A program made the translations under genes and the position numbers. The notes beneath the pieces were generated by a model. It did not search any database and was not told the origin of the DNA. It saw only the letters and a program-made list of their open reading frames with translations. Shown here piece after piece: positions 13,429 through 23,672 of a DNA stretch of 34,320 nt; position 1 is the stretch's first letter, and each line of letters begins with the position of its first letter. The stretch spans positions 1-34,320 of IMG/VR virus record IMGVR_UViG_3300044847_000013; one strand, written 5' to 3'. This DNA is from a virus. Lineage: Duplodnaviria > Caudoviricetes.

Positions 13429-16400
13429 TCACCACTCCACTTTGCCGGCACCAGCGAAGCCGCGGCCCACGGTCGCAGACAACTGGTAGGCGTTATAACG
13501 CAGCGGGTTCGGCACCGCGCTGACCGGATTACTGACCATCCACGTGTCCGTCACTTGCCCAGCGAGCAGAGTCCTGGCGTCTGCGAAAATGGCATAGACG
13601 GAGGTGTTGACTGTCCATCCGCCGTAGGTACCGCCACCCCCTACCTTTGTCCAGGAGGCGCCGCCCCACCGCCACACGCCGTCCGTCGTGCCGCCGTAGG
13701 TGGCGGCAACCAACGCACCGCCGCATATGGCCAGCAGGACGTTCGCCGATGTCCAACTGCTGTTGACTCCGTCCCCGCCGATCTTGGTCCAGGCAGAGCC
13801 ATTCCAAGACCAGCACTCGCCGTCTCCGCTGTCAGAACCGAGCCCTGCGTACAGGTTGGAACCGTCTGAAGCCAAGCCGGTCACCACTTCGTAGCCAGTC
13901 GTCCATCCGCTGTTCAGGCTGTCCCCGCCTACTTGGGTCCAAGTGCCATCAGCGTTGCGCCGCCAAACCTCGCCGTCCCCAGTGGAACTACCAAGCCCGG
14001 CGTATAGCAGGCCGCCGTGGACACACAGCGAGGAGACCTGCTCGTAGTTTGTGTTCCAGCTGCCACCCAGCCCGTCGCCGCCGATCTTGTACCAGTTGTC
14101 TCCAAGCGCCCAGACCTCAGCGTCTCCCGCGCTGCCTCCGACCCCGGCGACCAGCTGGTCGTTGAGCACGGCCAAGCACAGCACATCGATCTTGCCGGCA
14201 TCGTTCCAACTGCTATTGACGCCATCGCCGCCGATCTTGGCCCAAGAATTTCCGTCAAAGGCCCAAAGCTCGGCGGTAGTGGAACCAGAGGAGCCGATGC
14301 CGGCATACACCTTGCCGCGGAACGCGAGCAAGCAATTCACGCGGCGGTAGGTCTCTGCGGCCCACGACCCATTCCTGCCGTCGCCGCCCACCATCTCCCA
14401 CGTCTGCCCGCGGAAGCGCCACACTGCAGCAGCGCTTCCGCTGGTGGCGCTGAGGCCAGCATAGATGTCGTCGCCGTCTTTCAGGAGAGATGAAACCTTG
14501 GTCACGGTCGCGTACGTGGAGGCGTAAGACGTCGATCCGTCCAGGGTAGCTATCTGCAGCCAGTCCGGCGCCGTGAAGTCCGTTGCTTGATTTGCCGCGC
14601 TGTAAGTGGCAGCCGGTGAGGTAAGACCAGAGATGGTCCTGGCAACCGTGCCGTCAAGCCGCAGGATATCCACCTCGTAAGCCTCGGTAGCCTCAACCAT
14701 CGAAGCGTCGACGTAGTCCATCCACGCACCGCCACTGCGCGTCCGGCGAACGAACGTCAGCGCGAAGTCGCCGTTTGGCTGCAACGTCCCAGCGACCAAC
14801 GACGGGGCATAGGGTCTGAGAACGTTGGCCGCATAAGTGAAGACGAATGGACTTCCCGGAGACGTCGAGCCAAGTGACGTTGCGCGGTACAAGCGCTCCA
14901 CGCCGTTATCGGAAACGTCTAATGCCGCCTTGACGACCGCAGACATGTTGAGGAATACCACAAGGTCGCCTGATGAGTGTCCGGCGGTCATGTGCTCTGT
15001 ACCACGCCGGCCGCGCAACCACCCAGTAAGTGTCCACGACCCATCGACCTCCTGGAAAGCCGATGTGTATTGCGCCAATTCCCATCCATCGCTGCCACTG
15101 CGGATTGCAACTGCATTGCCCCCATTGAGAACGTTGGTCTTGGATAGCGTCTCAAGCATGCCGTCGTTGACGAGCCGCACATTCAGCAAAGAGGACTCAT
15201 CGAATACATTGCCGCCATGCCAATCGGGCATAGCGTTGGTAGCCGCACCCCAAACCACATCGCCAGAGAGCGCAGCAAGATCAAGGTAACTGGACCCGCC
15301 GTCCGGGCTGCGCTTTACAAGCGCGCCGTTCCAGGTGGTAAAGCCCGGGTATCCAGAGCCTGCCAGATAGATTCCGCTGCTATTCTGAGAATCGATAAGA
15401 GCTGGCGTATCTATGATAAATAGCGCGGTCGGGCTGAGCGTATCAATCGTCTGCGGCGTCACAGGCGACGACACGCCAGCGGCTGTCTGCGTATAAACGG
15501 AAGCGTCCTCAGTCACGCACTCCCAGAAGATAAGAGAACCCTGCTCGCTCTTCTTGGTGATCCTGACCAAGTATCCATTCACTACTACAACGTCAGTAGG
15601 CTCGATACCAGCGTATTTGTGTGTGGTGATGAATTTTCCGAGTGTCCGCCCAGTCCAAGCGTTTGACATCAACGTCTCGACAGTTTGTTTTGCCTTGTCG
15701 TCGGACAAAACCATGGGCAGTTCAATCTTAACCTGCTGTTGAGTAGCAACCGTCGTGCGGGTTGCGGACTGCTCGCCAACCTGATAGTCCTGATTACGAC
15801 TTGCATATGTGACGTGGACTGCCTTTGGAAGGTCCCACTCTTGAGCTCTGGTGAGCGTTAGAACATCCGGCAACTCTGATCCGTATTCCCTAGCGGCCAG
15901 ATCATCTTCTGTAATAGTGGCCACAGACGCTCCGCCACGCGGAACGTATTTGATAGTTTGCCCTGTCTCCGTGGCATCAAAGAAATAGGCGGTGCGCAAA
16001 GGCTCAATACCGGAGCGCGCTGCTGTCTGGGTCGTCAGGAAGAAACCATCAACAGGAATGCCAGCTAGCCTACTGACATCAATCTCTCCTGGTGTGAGGC
16101 CAGCGCGCAAATTTATGTCCCCAACAACATCGGATAGGTCAGCGGCCGTTGGGTCCATGCGATCCAGAGCCCAACGCCGTAACACTTGCCGCCCAAGCGC
16201 CGCCACATAGTCCAGTGCGAACAGGTAACCGGCCCCCGGGAAGGCCACCACGTCGACGCACGAAGAGCAGCTGAGCGTCTTGTATGTGGAGCCATCCTGC
16301 AGGCGGATGCCGACTATCTGGCTCGGTGCGGCAGACTTCCACACCCACATGACATCACGGTCTGGGTCATAGAAGATGTCGTCTGGCGCGAACGGGAGGG

Positions 16401-17985
16401 CTATCTCGCGTGTGATCGAAGCCCAGAACCCGGAGATGTCGACCTCCTGCAGCCGCCACGGCTTATTGGCGAGGTCGGTAAGGTCCGGCGTGAACACGCT
16501 CCAGAGGACGTGACGGTTGCGGTCATAGACCAGTGATGCGCGGTAGCATTTGTCGTTGCGAAAGTACGGCGGCGTGGTGCCGGTGTAGTCTGCCCAGTAT
16601 TCCTCCCAGCGCCCGCGCAGGTCGTTCCACAGGAAGATGCTGCCAAGTGCGTACTTGTCAGGCGCCGATCCGCCATAGTCCGACAGAAGAAACATGTTGC
16701 TGATGACGTTAGGGTCCTTATTCGGTGCGAACGCCACCTGGTTCCGGCCTGGGCGCATGTTGTGAATGGAGTCGAACCCGCCGCCAAGAGGGTAAGGCCA
16801 CTCGCCAACGATGCCGAAGATGTCGGAGTTCCAGTTGAAGTCGTACTTGTACGCAAGCTCTATGTCGAACTTTGAGATATACCCGCCGTTGATTCCCTCG
16901 GCCACGTAGACGTACGGCTGATACGGATCTGCGAAAACGTTGACGATGCCGGCGTACGCCGTGTTAGACCTGGGGGACGGGCGCGTCCAATAGACCTGCC
17001 CCGTGGCCATGTCGATGCGCTGCCAGTAGGTCTGGTTCCAGACGAATACCGACCGCCGCTCGTCGTGCATGGCGAACTGCGAGTCGCGGAAATCGGTGAA
17101 GAACGGGTATTGTGGGTAATCCAACTGGTACCCGACCCTGGCTATGTCCGTGCCGCTGACGTCCTTGCGCAGTACTGGGTTGACGGCGTCCCTGGTCTGG
17201 AGCCAAACCTCGTTCATGAAGTTGTTCCTGGCCAGGTAATTGCCCATATCCGTGGGCGTGTCGTACGTGGTCAGGTAATCGCCCGTGCTGCCGAGCGCGA
17301 CGACCTCGAACGTGAAGTTCGGCAGGGTGTTGCCGTAGTCCGTGAGGTCGAAGTCTTGGAACACGACGTAGGCGCGGCCACGGTACGCGGGAACATTGCC
17401 TGCGCCCAAGTAGGACTCAATCACCGGGTCGGGCGGTTGAGTCATTGTTCCGGTGTAGTACGTCAGGTGCAGAGAAGCGGCATTGACCGTTGATACGACG
17501 GTGGCTGTGATGGCGTTATACGTGCCGTCGTACTCCACCACCGGACCAATGTTGTCTATGGAGACATCGTAGATGAGCTTGCCGTTCGCCCAGATACGCC
17601 TGATGCCGTGGATCTCATTGCCACACAGGCCGATGGCGCAGGAGACGGTGTAGTAATAGCTCTCCGTATCCTGGCTTGGGCCACCACCTTTGCCACCGCT
17701 ATTTGTGACTACCTTGTGCTCTTGAATATCGGCGGACCAGATGACGTTTCCAGCCAAGCGAACAGCGCCCCCATACACGATAGGAATGCTCTGTCCGTAA
17801 GATGAGTTCTGTACCTTACGGTCATCAAGTCGTGGACCGTATATGGTAGGAAGGGTTGGTGGATCGGCGATACCTCCAGCAATCATGCCGATCTGGGCGC
17901 CGTAGAGAGCGCCAGATGGTCCACCGGCATAGAACCCGATGACAGCACCAACGACGCCGCCGAGAAGTTGGCCAGCTGAACTCAT
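13429..17985 (-). CDS. Tail tip / host-specificity protein (GTA megatron-like) with beta-propeller insertions
   Basis: GPRLDD..VQNSSYGQSIPIVYG..RLAGNVIW, VPAYRGRAYVVF, LTRAQEWDLPK, LRGRRGTE and QLSATVGRG motifs; 1518 aa. Confidence 0.88.
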   Translation of the reverse strand: MSSAGQLLGGVVGAVIGFYAGGPSGALYGAQIGMIAGGIADPPTLPTIYGPRLDDRKVQNSSYGQSIPIVYGGAVRLAGNVIWSADIQEHKVVTNSGGKGGGPSQDTESYYYTVSCAIGLCGNEIHGIRRIWANGKLIYDVSIDNIGPVVEYDGTYNAITATVVSTVNAASLHLTYYTGTMTQPPDPVIESYLGAGNVPAYRGRAYVVFQDFDLTDYGNTLPNFTFEVVALGSTGDYLTTYDTPTDMGNYLARNNFMNEVWLQTRDAVNPVLRKDVSGTDIARVGYQLDYPQYPFFTDFRDSQFAMHDERRSVFVWNQTYWQRIDMATGQVYWTRPSPRSNTAYAGIVNVFADPYQPYVYVAEGINGGYISKFDIELAYKYDFNWNSDIFGIVGEWPYPLGGGFDSIHNMRPGRNQVAFAPNKDPNVISNMFLLSDYGGSAPDKYALGSIFLWNDLRGRWEEYWADYTGTTPPYFRNDKCYRASLVYDRNRHVLWSVFTPDLTDLANKPWRLQEVDISGFWASITREIALPFAPDDIFYDPDRDVMWVWKSAAPSQIVGIRLQDGSTYKTLSCSSCVDVVAFPGAGYLFALDYVAALGRQVLRRWALDRMDPTAADLSDVVGDINLRAGLTPGEIDVSRLAGIPVDGFFLTTQTAARSGIEPLRTAYFFDATETGQTIKYVPRGGASVATITEDDLAAREYGSELPDVLTLTRAQEWDLPKAVHVTYASRNQDYQVGEQSATRTTVATQQQVKIELPMVLSDDKAKQTVETLMSNAWTGRTLGKFITTHKYAGIEPTDVVVVNGYLVRITKKSEQGSLIFWECVTEDASVYTQTAAGVSSPVTPQTIDTLSPTALFIIDTPALIDSQNSSGIYLAGSGYPGFTTWNGALVKRSPDGGSSYLDLAALSGDVVWGAATNAMPDWHGGNVFDESSLLNVRLVNDGMLETLSKTNVLNGGNAVAIRSGSDGWELAQYTSAFQEVDGSWTLTGWLRGRRGTEHMTAGHSSGDLVVFLNMSAVVKAALDVSDNGVERLYRATSLGSTSPGSPFVFTYAANVLRPYAPSLVAGTLQPNGDFALTFVRRTRSGGAWMDYVDASMVEATEAYEVDILRLDGTVARTISGLTSPAATYSAANQATDFTAPDWLQIATLDGSTSYASTYATVTKVSSLLKDGDDIYAGLSATSGSAAAVWRFRGQTWEMVGGDGRNGSWAAETYRRVNCLLAFRGKVYAGIGSSGSTTAELWAFDGNSWAKIGGDGVNSSWNDAGKIDVLCLAVLNDQLVAGVGGSAGDAEVWALGDNWYKIGGDGLGGSWNTNYEQVSSLCVHGGLLYAGLGSSTGDGEVWRRNADGTWTQVGGDSLNSGWTTGYEVVTGLASDGSNLYAGLGSDSGDGECWSWNGSAWTKIGGDGVNSSWTSANVLLAICGGALVAATYGGTTDGVWRWGGASWTKVGGGGTYGGWTVNTSVYAIFADARTLLAGQVTDTWMVSNPVSAVPNPLRYNAYQLSATVGRGFAGAGKVEW

Positions 17986-18389
17986 TCCGTCACCCCACGG
18001 AAGGAATACGCAGCCACAACGCGACTGCGCCAGAGGTGGTCAAGAACATGCTCAACGACGCATCGATGTTGCACTGATGCATGGATAATCCCCAAGTCAG
18101 TGACAATCACCAGATGCTGCGGCTCACGTTGGACTCTGGTCCATAGAACGTCGCCGACTTGCCACTCACCAGAAACACGATCCATATGTTCTTCAAGGGT
18201 CTTGCGCATCTCTGCCGGATCAGGCTGCCTCACGTAGTTCCTAGTGTCGAACTCGCTGAGCCCAAGCCTATTGGCGACGCAGATGACCAGACCTGCGCAA
18301 TCCACACCATTGAGCGTGCGGCCTTGGTGCTGCCATCTGACGCCGAGATATTCCCTGGCAGTGGCGACAACTTCATACCTGGCAACCAC
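17982..18389 (-). CDS. NlpC/P60 family phage tail peptidase
   Basis: AREYLGVRWQHQGR..GVDCAGL, PQHLVI and IIHA motifs. Likely GTG start at 18389, just after the hub stop. Confidence 0.88.
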   Translation of the reverse strand: MVARYEVVATAREYLGVRWQHQGRTLNGVDCAGLVICVANRLGLSEFDTRNYVRQPDPAEMRKTLEEHMDRVSGEWQVGDVLWTRVQREPQHLVIVTDLGIIHASVQHRCVVEHVLDHLWRSRVVAAYSFRGVTE

Positions 18390-18390
18390 G

Positions 18391-19281
18391 TCAGCGACCC
18401 CCAACGTCAAGCATCTTGTCGATTCCAGGAAGGTCTGGCTCGCCTTGGAAGTTGATAAGATTTCCGAACTTAACCTTGCATCCGCCAGCAGCACGCGCCG
18501 ACTTATTGCAACCAGAAAGAATGGAAAATGTGTCTCCAATTTCTAGCGCATATGGCATTCCGAGTTTGAGCGTCACCTGTTGGGTGGCGGAAACGTAATC
18601 CTTGACCTCCATCGACAAACCGACGTTTGCCCCGGAGATCCACGTAATCTTCCCGTGCTGGAAATACGAATCCGTCGGTGCGCCAGTGGTGGTCGGCGTC
18701 AGCCGAACAGTTGAGCTTCCGAGATTGGTAGTGAATACGGCCGTAGAAGTCGCTGTTGATACAGTTCCAGAGGCCGTGTATTCAGTCACATCCTTGGTGC
18801 ATCGCGCATCACCGAGTTCAGCCCGGCATGATGCTGAATAGAGCTCTCCGATAACCTGTTGGAGAGCCTGCATGAGCCCGCGAAGTTCAGCGACGAAGAT
18901 ACCGTCCTTGAGCGTCAATTCGCCAAGTCGGCCATGTCTAAGAATGTTTTTACCGGCGGTCAAATCGAGATAATTAACCTCGAAAATCTCGATCTCAGCG
19001 TGATCCCACTTTCCAGCCAGGACATCCGCTTCGGTAATAGACGGCGACATGATCGCGCCTTCAAGATCCAGGTTGTCCACCGACAGATCGTCTGTCGTCT
19101 CGATCGCGCTGGCGGTATATCCGGCCATAGCCATATAGGTCACGCCGTCGATTACCAACTCATCGTGGTAATCGGTGAAGCCGAGAACCAAGCCGCTCTT
19201 GAGAGTTGCTTTCCAGCACGTGCAGATCGTGGTGACTTCCTGCGAGAAATGCGTATTGAGATCTGCGGGAATGGCCTTCAT
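18391..19281 (-). CDS. Baseplate hub protein (DUF2163 / BR0599 family)
   Basis: CW...LGFTDYH, LSVDNLDLEG, CRAELGDARC and GCNK..C..KFGNLINFQGEP. Start ATG 19281 overlaps the upstream stop. Confidence 0.9.
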   Translation of the reverse strand: MKAIPADLNTHFSQEVTTICTCWKATLKSGLVLGFTDYHDELVIDGVTYMAMAGYTASAIETTDDLSVDNLDLEGAIMSPSITEADVLAGKWDHAEIEIFEVNYLDLTAGKNILRHGRLGELTLKDGIFVAELRGLMQALQQVIGELYSASCRAELGDARCTKDVTEYTASGTVSTATSTAVFTTNLGSSTVRLTPTTTGAPTDSYFQHGKITWISGANVGLSMEVKDYVSATQQVTLKLGMPYALEIGDTFSILSGCNKSARAAGGCKVKFGNLINFQGEPDLPGIDKMLDVGGR

Positions 19282-20606
19282 GCCCGAATCTCCACAATCG
19301 GGATAGAGTTCCATCCATAGATTTGCCCGGCGTCCCTGTGCCCTTCCAATTTGTCGGTATCGAAGCGACATGGCACGTCGAATTCGCAGGAGACCTGCAG
19401 AACATCGGTGATTTGCGGGAAGACGCTGATCGTTCCTCCCGATGTCCGTGCTGAATAGGCAGTCCCGTTGATTCCAGAGAGATCGAAATAGTCGGTTGCC
19501 GCATTGGCGACGGTGAAGGTCAGGCCATTGACCTGCGTCATGCCAACCACGCCGGAGAGATACGCCAAGGAACCGTTCGCGCGACCATGGGCGGCTGAAT
19601 AGACCCGTACCGGATTGGTCTGGGTGATCCCGTACTTGATCGCAGAGGCCCCGGAGGTGTAGGCGGTGTAGCCGGTCCCGTTGATCCCGGAGAGCTCAAA
19701 GCCCTTGGTGGTCTTGTTGGCGACGGTGAAATACAGGTTATTGACCTGCGTCATGCCGCCGACCGTCTCGAGCTTGACCAGATCGCCATTGACGAACGTA
19801 TGGGCATCGGCATGCACCCACACCGGGTTGGTCTGGGCGATGCCGTAGCGGGTCGCTGTGCCGCCGGAGGAATAGGCCGTGTAGGCGGTAGTGTCGATCC
19901 CGAGCGAGTAGGTATTCGCGTCAATGACCGTCACCGTCGCGGTGACGCCGTTCAACTGCGTCATTCCGACGATTCCGGAATGGGTGATGCGGTCGCCGGT
20001 GGTAAAGGTGTGGCCTGTTGCCGTCACCACGCCAGGGTTCGCCTGGGTGATCCCGGTGATCGTTTTGGCCACGTTCGCATCGACCGCCTTGACCACGTTT
20101 GCATCGATGGTCTTGGTCACGTCCGGTTGAAAGGTGATCAGCCCGGTGGTGGTGTCGATGGCGATCTGTCCGGCGCCGGCCCCTACGGTCAAGGGAGTGT
20201 CATTTCGATAGCCGACCACGGTCCCGGCCACCGGCTTGCGGATGGCGCGAATTTCCGACAGGGCGCCGGCCGCGTAAAGCTTGCCGATCTGGTAAGTAGA
20301 ACCACCGTTACCAACTCCGGTGCCAAGAACGCCATCCGCCTTGGCAACCTGGTAGTCGATCCAGTCCTTGAAGCGGAAGCCGTGCGCTTTTCCTTTCACC
20401 GAACGGAAGAAGGCAAAAAGGACTTCCATTTGCGCGCGGGTACGTACAGCATGGGATGCGTCCCATCGACCGCGTGATTGAGACCAGTTGCTGTTTCGTT
20501 GCTCAAACCCTGAGCGAACAACGATCACCGTTGTGCTGTACTCGGGGCCGCCAACTACGCCAGAAGAGATGTCATCCGGGAAGCGCGGGGTTTCTAGGAA
20601 GGCCAT
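19278..20606 (-). CDS. Distal tail protein (DUF2460 family) with three inserted repeat domains
   Basis: FLETPRFPDDIS.G..GGPEYST, GFRFKDWIDY and EFDVPCRFDTD termini; three ~70-aa internal repeats. Confidence 0.9.
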   Translation of the reverse strand: MAFLETPRFPDDISSGVVGGPEYSTTVIVVRSGFEQRNSNWSQSRGRWDASHAVRTRAQMEVLFAFFRSVKGKAHGFRFKDWIDYQVAKADGVLGTGVGNGGSTYQIGKLYAAGALSEIRAIRKPVAGTVVGYRNDTPLTVGAGAGQIAIDTTTGLITFQPDVTKTIDANVVKAVDANVAKTITGITQANPGVVTATGHTFTTGDRITHSGIVGMTQLNGVTATVTVIDANTYSLGIDTTAYTAYSSGGTATRYGIAQTNPVWVHADAHTFVNGDLVKLETVGGMTQVNNLYFTVANKTTKGFELSGINGTGYTAYTSGASAIKYGITQTNPVRVYSAAHGRANGSLAYLSGVVGMTQVNGLTFTVANAATDYFDLSGINGTAYSARTSGGTISVFPQITDVLQVSCEFDVPCRFDTDKLEGHRDAGQIYGWNSIPIVEIRA

Positions 20607-23600
20607 CTACATGTTCCTCCGAGCCCGAGCGATGGCTCTCTGTGCCGCGACAGCCACTTGCCCGCGTGAAGCTGCGAAAGACCGCGCATCAGGAGAGGTG
20701 ATGTTCATCACCACGCGGACCTCACCACCGCCCCAGTTCACCTTGTTGTTGGGGGTGACGTAGCCGTTGCCGCCCATGCGGACGATTTCAGGGCCCTTCT
20801 CGCCGACGAGGTAGGTGTGGCCGGCGGAGACAGGGCCGCCTTCGGCCCGCATCTGAAGCCCGTTGAATGTGCCACCGGACGATCCTGTAGAGGCAGATCC
20901 AGCTCCGAAGAGAACGGAAAAGAACGACTCCCAATCGTTGCCAGAGCCGCCCAAAGAACCAAGAAGGCGGCGTGACAGATCCGCCGCAATGGCCTGGGCG
21001 ATCATCCTTTGGATGACCTGACCAAAGTCCTGCAGCATGCCCTTCAGGCCCTTCGAGAATCCGTTGAACAGGTTCTCGGCGAAGATGTCCTCAATCTGTT
21101 TGGCGCCGCGGCCGGCAAGGGATGCCAGTTCCTTGATCTCGGCGGCGCGCTCTTCGAGTTTCGGGCGGTTCAATTCCGCGCCTTTTAGCCGCTGCAGTGC
21201 GCTGATCTGCTGTTCGATGAGGAACAGTTCGGCTTCCTGCCCTTCGGCACCGCGCGCCACCTCGGCGGCGGCCTCTTTCTTGGCGATGATCTCGTCGTAG
21301 CGCTTCGCGGTCAGTTCCGCGATCTGCTGCTTTGTCATGCCGATGCGGGCGTTTTCCTCTTCCTCCGCCTTGGCCTTCAGCAACAGCGCATTGGCCTCCT
21401 CGCCGAGCGAGGCGGTAAAAGCCTGCTGGCTCTTCAGACGTTCGTCGGCGACTTTGGCGCGCTCCGTCTGCGCTTTACCGACGGCCTCGCCCATGCCCAG
21501 GCCGGCTACGGTGATCTCCCCGCGCAGTTTGTCCTGCTCGCCTTTGTCCTTGGTCTTGGCGATCTGCTCCTGCAGCAAGGCGACCCGCTTGAGGTAGCCG
21601 CGCTCCTGCGCCGCCAACTCCTGATCGATGCCCTCTTCTTCGGTGATCAGACGTTGCTTGACGCGATCCTTGATCAGCGCGACTTCGGTCTTGGTGAATT
21701 CCTTCTCAACGGACAGTTGGGCGGCAAAGGATTGGGCGATGTCGTTGTTATTGCTTTTCTTTTCCTTGAACTTCTCATTGATTCCATCAACCGTCTGCTT
21801 ATAGGCGGCTGCGTATTCAGCTAGCAGTTTTTGATCGCCGACAGCGCCAGCGATGGCCCGCTTGTAAATTTCTTCGGCCTTGGCGAGTTCGTTCCTCTTC
21901 TGCACCTCTTTGGTCAGGTACTTGTCGCGTTCCTTGAACAACTCAATTCCCGCTGCATTTCCAGAGGCCAGATCCTTGTCCCTGGCCGCGCCACGCGATT
22001 CAAGTCGTGCCTGTTCTTGGAGGTTCGACTGCGTAGCGCGCGCCTCATCAAGAGCACGCTGAGTCTGGCCGGCTAGGAAGTTGTTCAGCAAACCTCCGCC
22101 GGCCTCCTTCTGACGCGCCAGGCGAGCCTGCAGAGCGGCGATCTCGTCAGACGTCTCGCGCAGCTTGTCCGTAACCGACTTCGTCCGGCCAACGTCGAGC
22201 ATGGAATCCCATGCCGCTTTGGCTCCATCCTTGACAGCGATCCATGCCTTTTCAAGGCTGCCGAGATTCCCGGTGATTGAACTGCTGCGCTCGACAAGCG
22301 CATCCGCCCATGCTTTCTGGGCGAGCGCAGCGGCATCTGTCGCCCGCCCTTGGTCTTCCAGCGCCTTGATCTGCCGGTAAAGCTCCGCCGTCAGGTAATG
22401 CGCCTGCTCATTGAGCTTGATCGACGCTTCAACGGGGGATCGGCCAAGTTCCTCGAACTGCTTGATGGTTTCCTTGATGGATTGGCCGGTGGCGCGCTCC
22501 ATGCGGATGGCAGCTTCGGAGATGATGCCGATATTCGCGGCAGTGACCTTGCCGGTGGTCACGATTTGCCCAAGCGCCTCGGCCACTGCTCCGCGGGTCG
22601 CGCCGGTTGCCTCGGCGACCCCGCGCGAAATGTCCTGCAGTTTGCCGGTCGTCGTCCCTGCGGCATTGCCGGTCAGGATGATGGACTTCGCCAACTCCTG
22701 CGATTCTTTGGAGCCTTGGAAGAAGGCAACGCCCAATGCACCAGCAACCGCCGCGCCAATAGTCAGCGGGTTGATCAAGCCAAGAATGTAGCCACCCAAG
22801 GCACGCGCCGCAGCACCAACCCCGCCGAACATGTCCTTCAGCTGGCCGCCCTGCTGCAGGAAGACAGTCAGAGGGTTTTGCCCAGCCGCGAGCGAAGTCG
22901 CGATGTCGGTGAATTGCGCAGGCACCCCGCGGAGGGCGAAAGCCATCTCTTTGGCGGACAATCCAGTCCGCTGCATCGACGCCTGGACGAGACGCTGCTT
23001 CTCTCTCGCTGCATCCAACTGCGCGAGCAACGGAGCAAAGGCATCTACGCTGCCACCGCGCAACTGGATCAATGATTCGTAGAATTTTCGCGTACCGCGC
23101 TCGCCAGCACTGAGAAGGGCGATCTCTCTTTCGATTTGAGAGGTCAGCGCTCGCGAAGAACGATCAGACAACGATGGCCCGGCCGTACCGCCAGAAGAAG
23201 GAGTCCGCTGGGCTGCACGCTTGGCCTCGGCGCCAGCCTCCATGACCGCAACCTTGTAGGCCTTCCACTCCTCGGCGATCTGGCGGATCGCCTTGGTGTG
23301 CGCATCGACATTGGGCAGACCTTCCGCTGAGAACTGCCTCATCAGCGGGCCCATCTTCTCCTTCTGGAACTCCCCCCAAGTCATCGCCGACTTGGCGGCT
23401 TCACCAGAGACCTTCTTGACGGCCTCGGTCATCGACCGGGTAGCACGCTCTACGCCTTGAGCCGCACCCGTTCCGCTTGTTCCGATAGCGTCGATGCTCT
23501 TGCCGGCCTGCTGCGCCGACTTGGCAAGATCGGCCCCCATGTCACGGCCGCTCTCCTTGATGTCACCGAGGCCTTTCTTGGCGGTCGTCCCATCAACGAC

Positions 23601-23636
23601 CACCTCAATGATCTCCTGCGGGTTTTCGGTGGACAT
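20607..23636 (-). CDS. Tail tape measure protein (lambda-family)
   Basis: 1009 aa, A-rich and helical; VPAQFTDIATSLAAGQNPLTVFLQQGGQLKDMFGG and RAEGGPV..G..YLVGEKGPE motifs. Confidence 0.95.
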   Translation of the reverse strand: MSTENPQEIIEVVVDGTTAKKGLGDIKESGRDMGADLAKSAQQAGKSIDAIGTSGTGAAQGVERATRSMTEAVKKVSGEAAKSAMTWGEFQKEKMGPLMRQFSAEGLPNVDAHTKAIRQIAEEWKAYKVAVMEAGAEAKRAAQRTPSSGGTAGPSLSDRSSRALTSQIEREIALLSAGERGTRKFYESLIQLRGGSVDAFAPLLAQLDAAREKQRLVQASMQRTGLSAKEMAFALRGVPAQFTDIATSLAAGQNPLTVFLQQGGQLKDMFGGVGAAARALGGYILGLINPLTIGAAVAGALGVAFFQGSKESQELAKSIILTGNAAGTTTGKLQDISRGVAEATGATRGAVAEALGQIVTTGKVTAANIGIISEAAIRMERATGQSIKETIKQFEELGRSPVEASIKLNEQAHYLTAELYRQIKALEDQGRATDAAALAQKAWADALVERSSSITGNLGSLEKAWIAVKDGAKAAWDSMLDVGRTKSVTDKLRETSDEIAALQARLARQKEAGGGLLNNFLAGQTQRALDEARATQSNLQEQARLESRGAARDKDLASGNAAGIELFKERDKYLTKEVQKRNELAKAEEIYKRAIAGAVGDQKLLAEYAAAYKQTVDGINEKFKEKKSNNNDIAQSFAAQLSVEKEFTKTEVALIKDRVKQRLITEEEGIDQELAAQERGYLKRVALLQEQIAKTKDKGEQDKLRGEITVAGLGMGEAVGKAQTERAKVADERLKSQQAFTASLGEEANALLLKAKAEEEENARIGMTKQQIAELTAKRYDEIIAKKEAAAEVARGAEGQEAELFLIEQQISALQRLKGAELNRPKLEERAAEIKELASLAGRGAKQIEDIFAENLFNGFSKGLKGMLQDFGQVIQRMIAQAIAADLSRRLLGSLGGSGNDWESFFSVLFGAGSASTGSSGGTFNGLQMRAEGGPVSAGHTYLVGEKGPEIVRMGGNGYVTPNNKVNWGGGEVRVVMNITSPDARSFAASRGQVAVAAQRAIARARRNM

Positions 23637-23646
23637 GGCTTTCCGG

Positions 23647-23672
23647 AAAAGAAAAAAGGCGCCGAAGCGCCT
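23647..23672 (-). terminator. Intrinsic terminator-like hairpin
   Basis: AGGCGC-TTCG-GCGCCT followed by TTTTTCTTTT on the - strand. Confidence 0.65.

Noticed and set aside
12763-17985. Diversity-generating retroelement or invertible tail-fibre system
   Set aside because: No reverse transcriptase, invertase or template/variable repeat pair is seen; the repeats are protein-level propeller blades.
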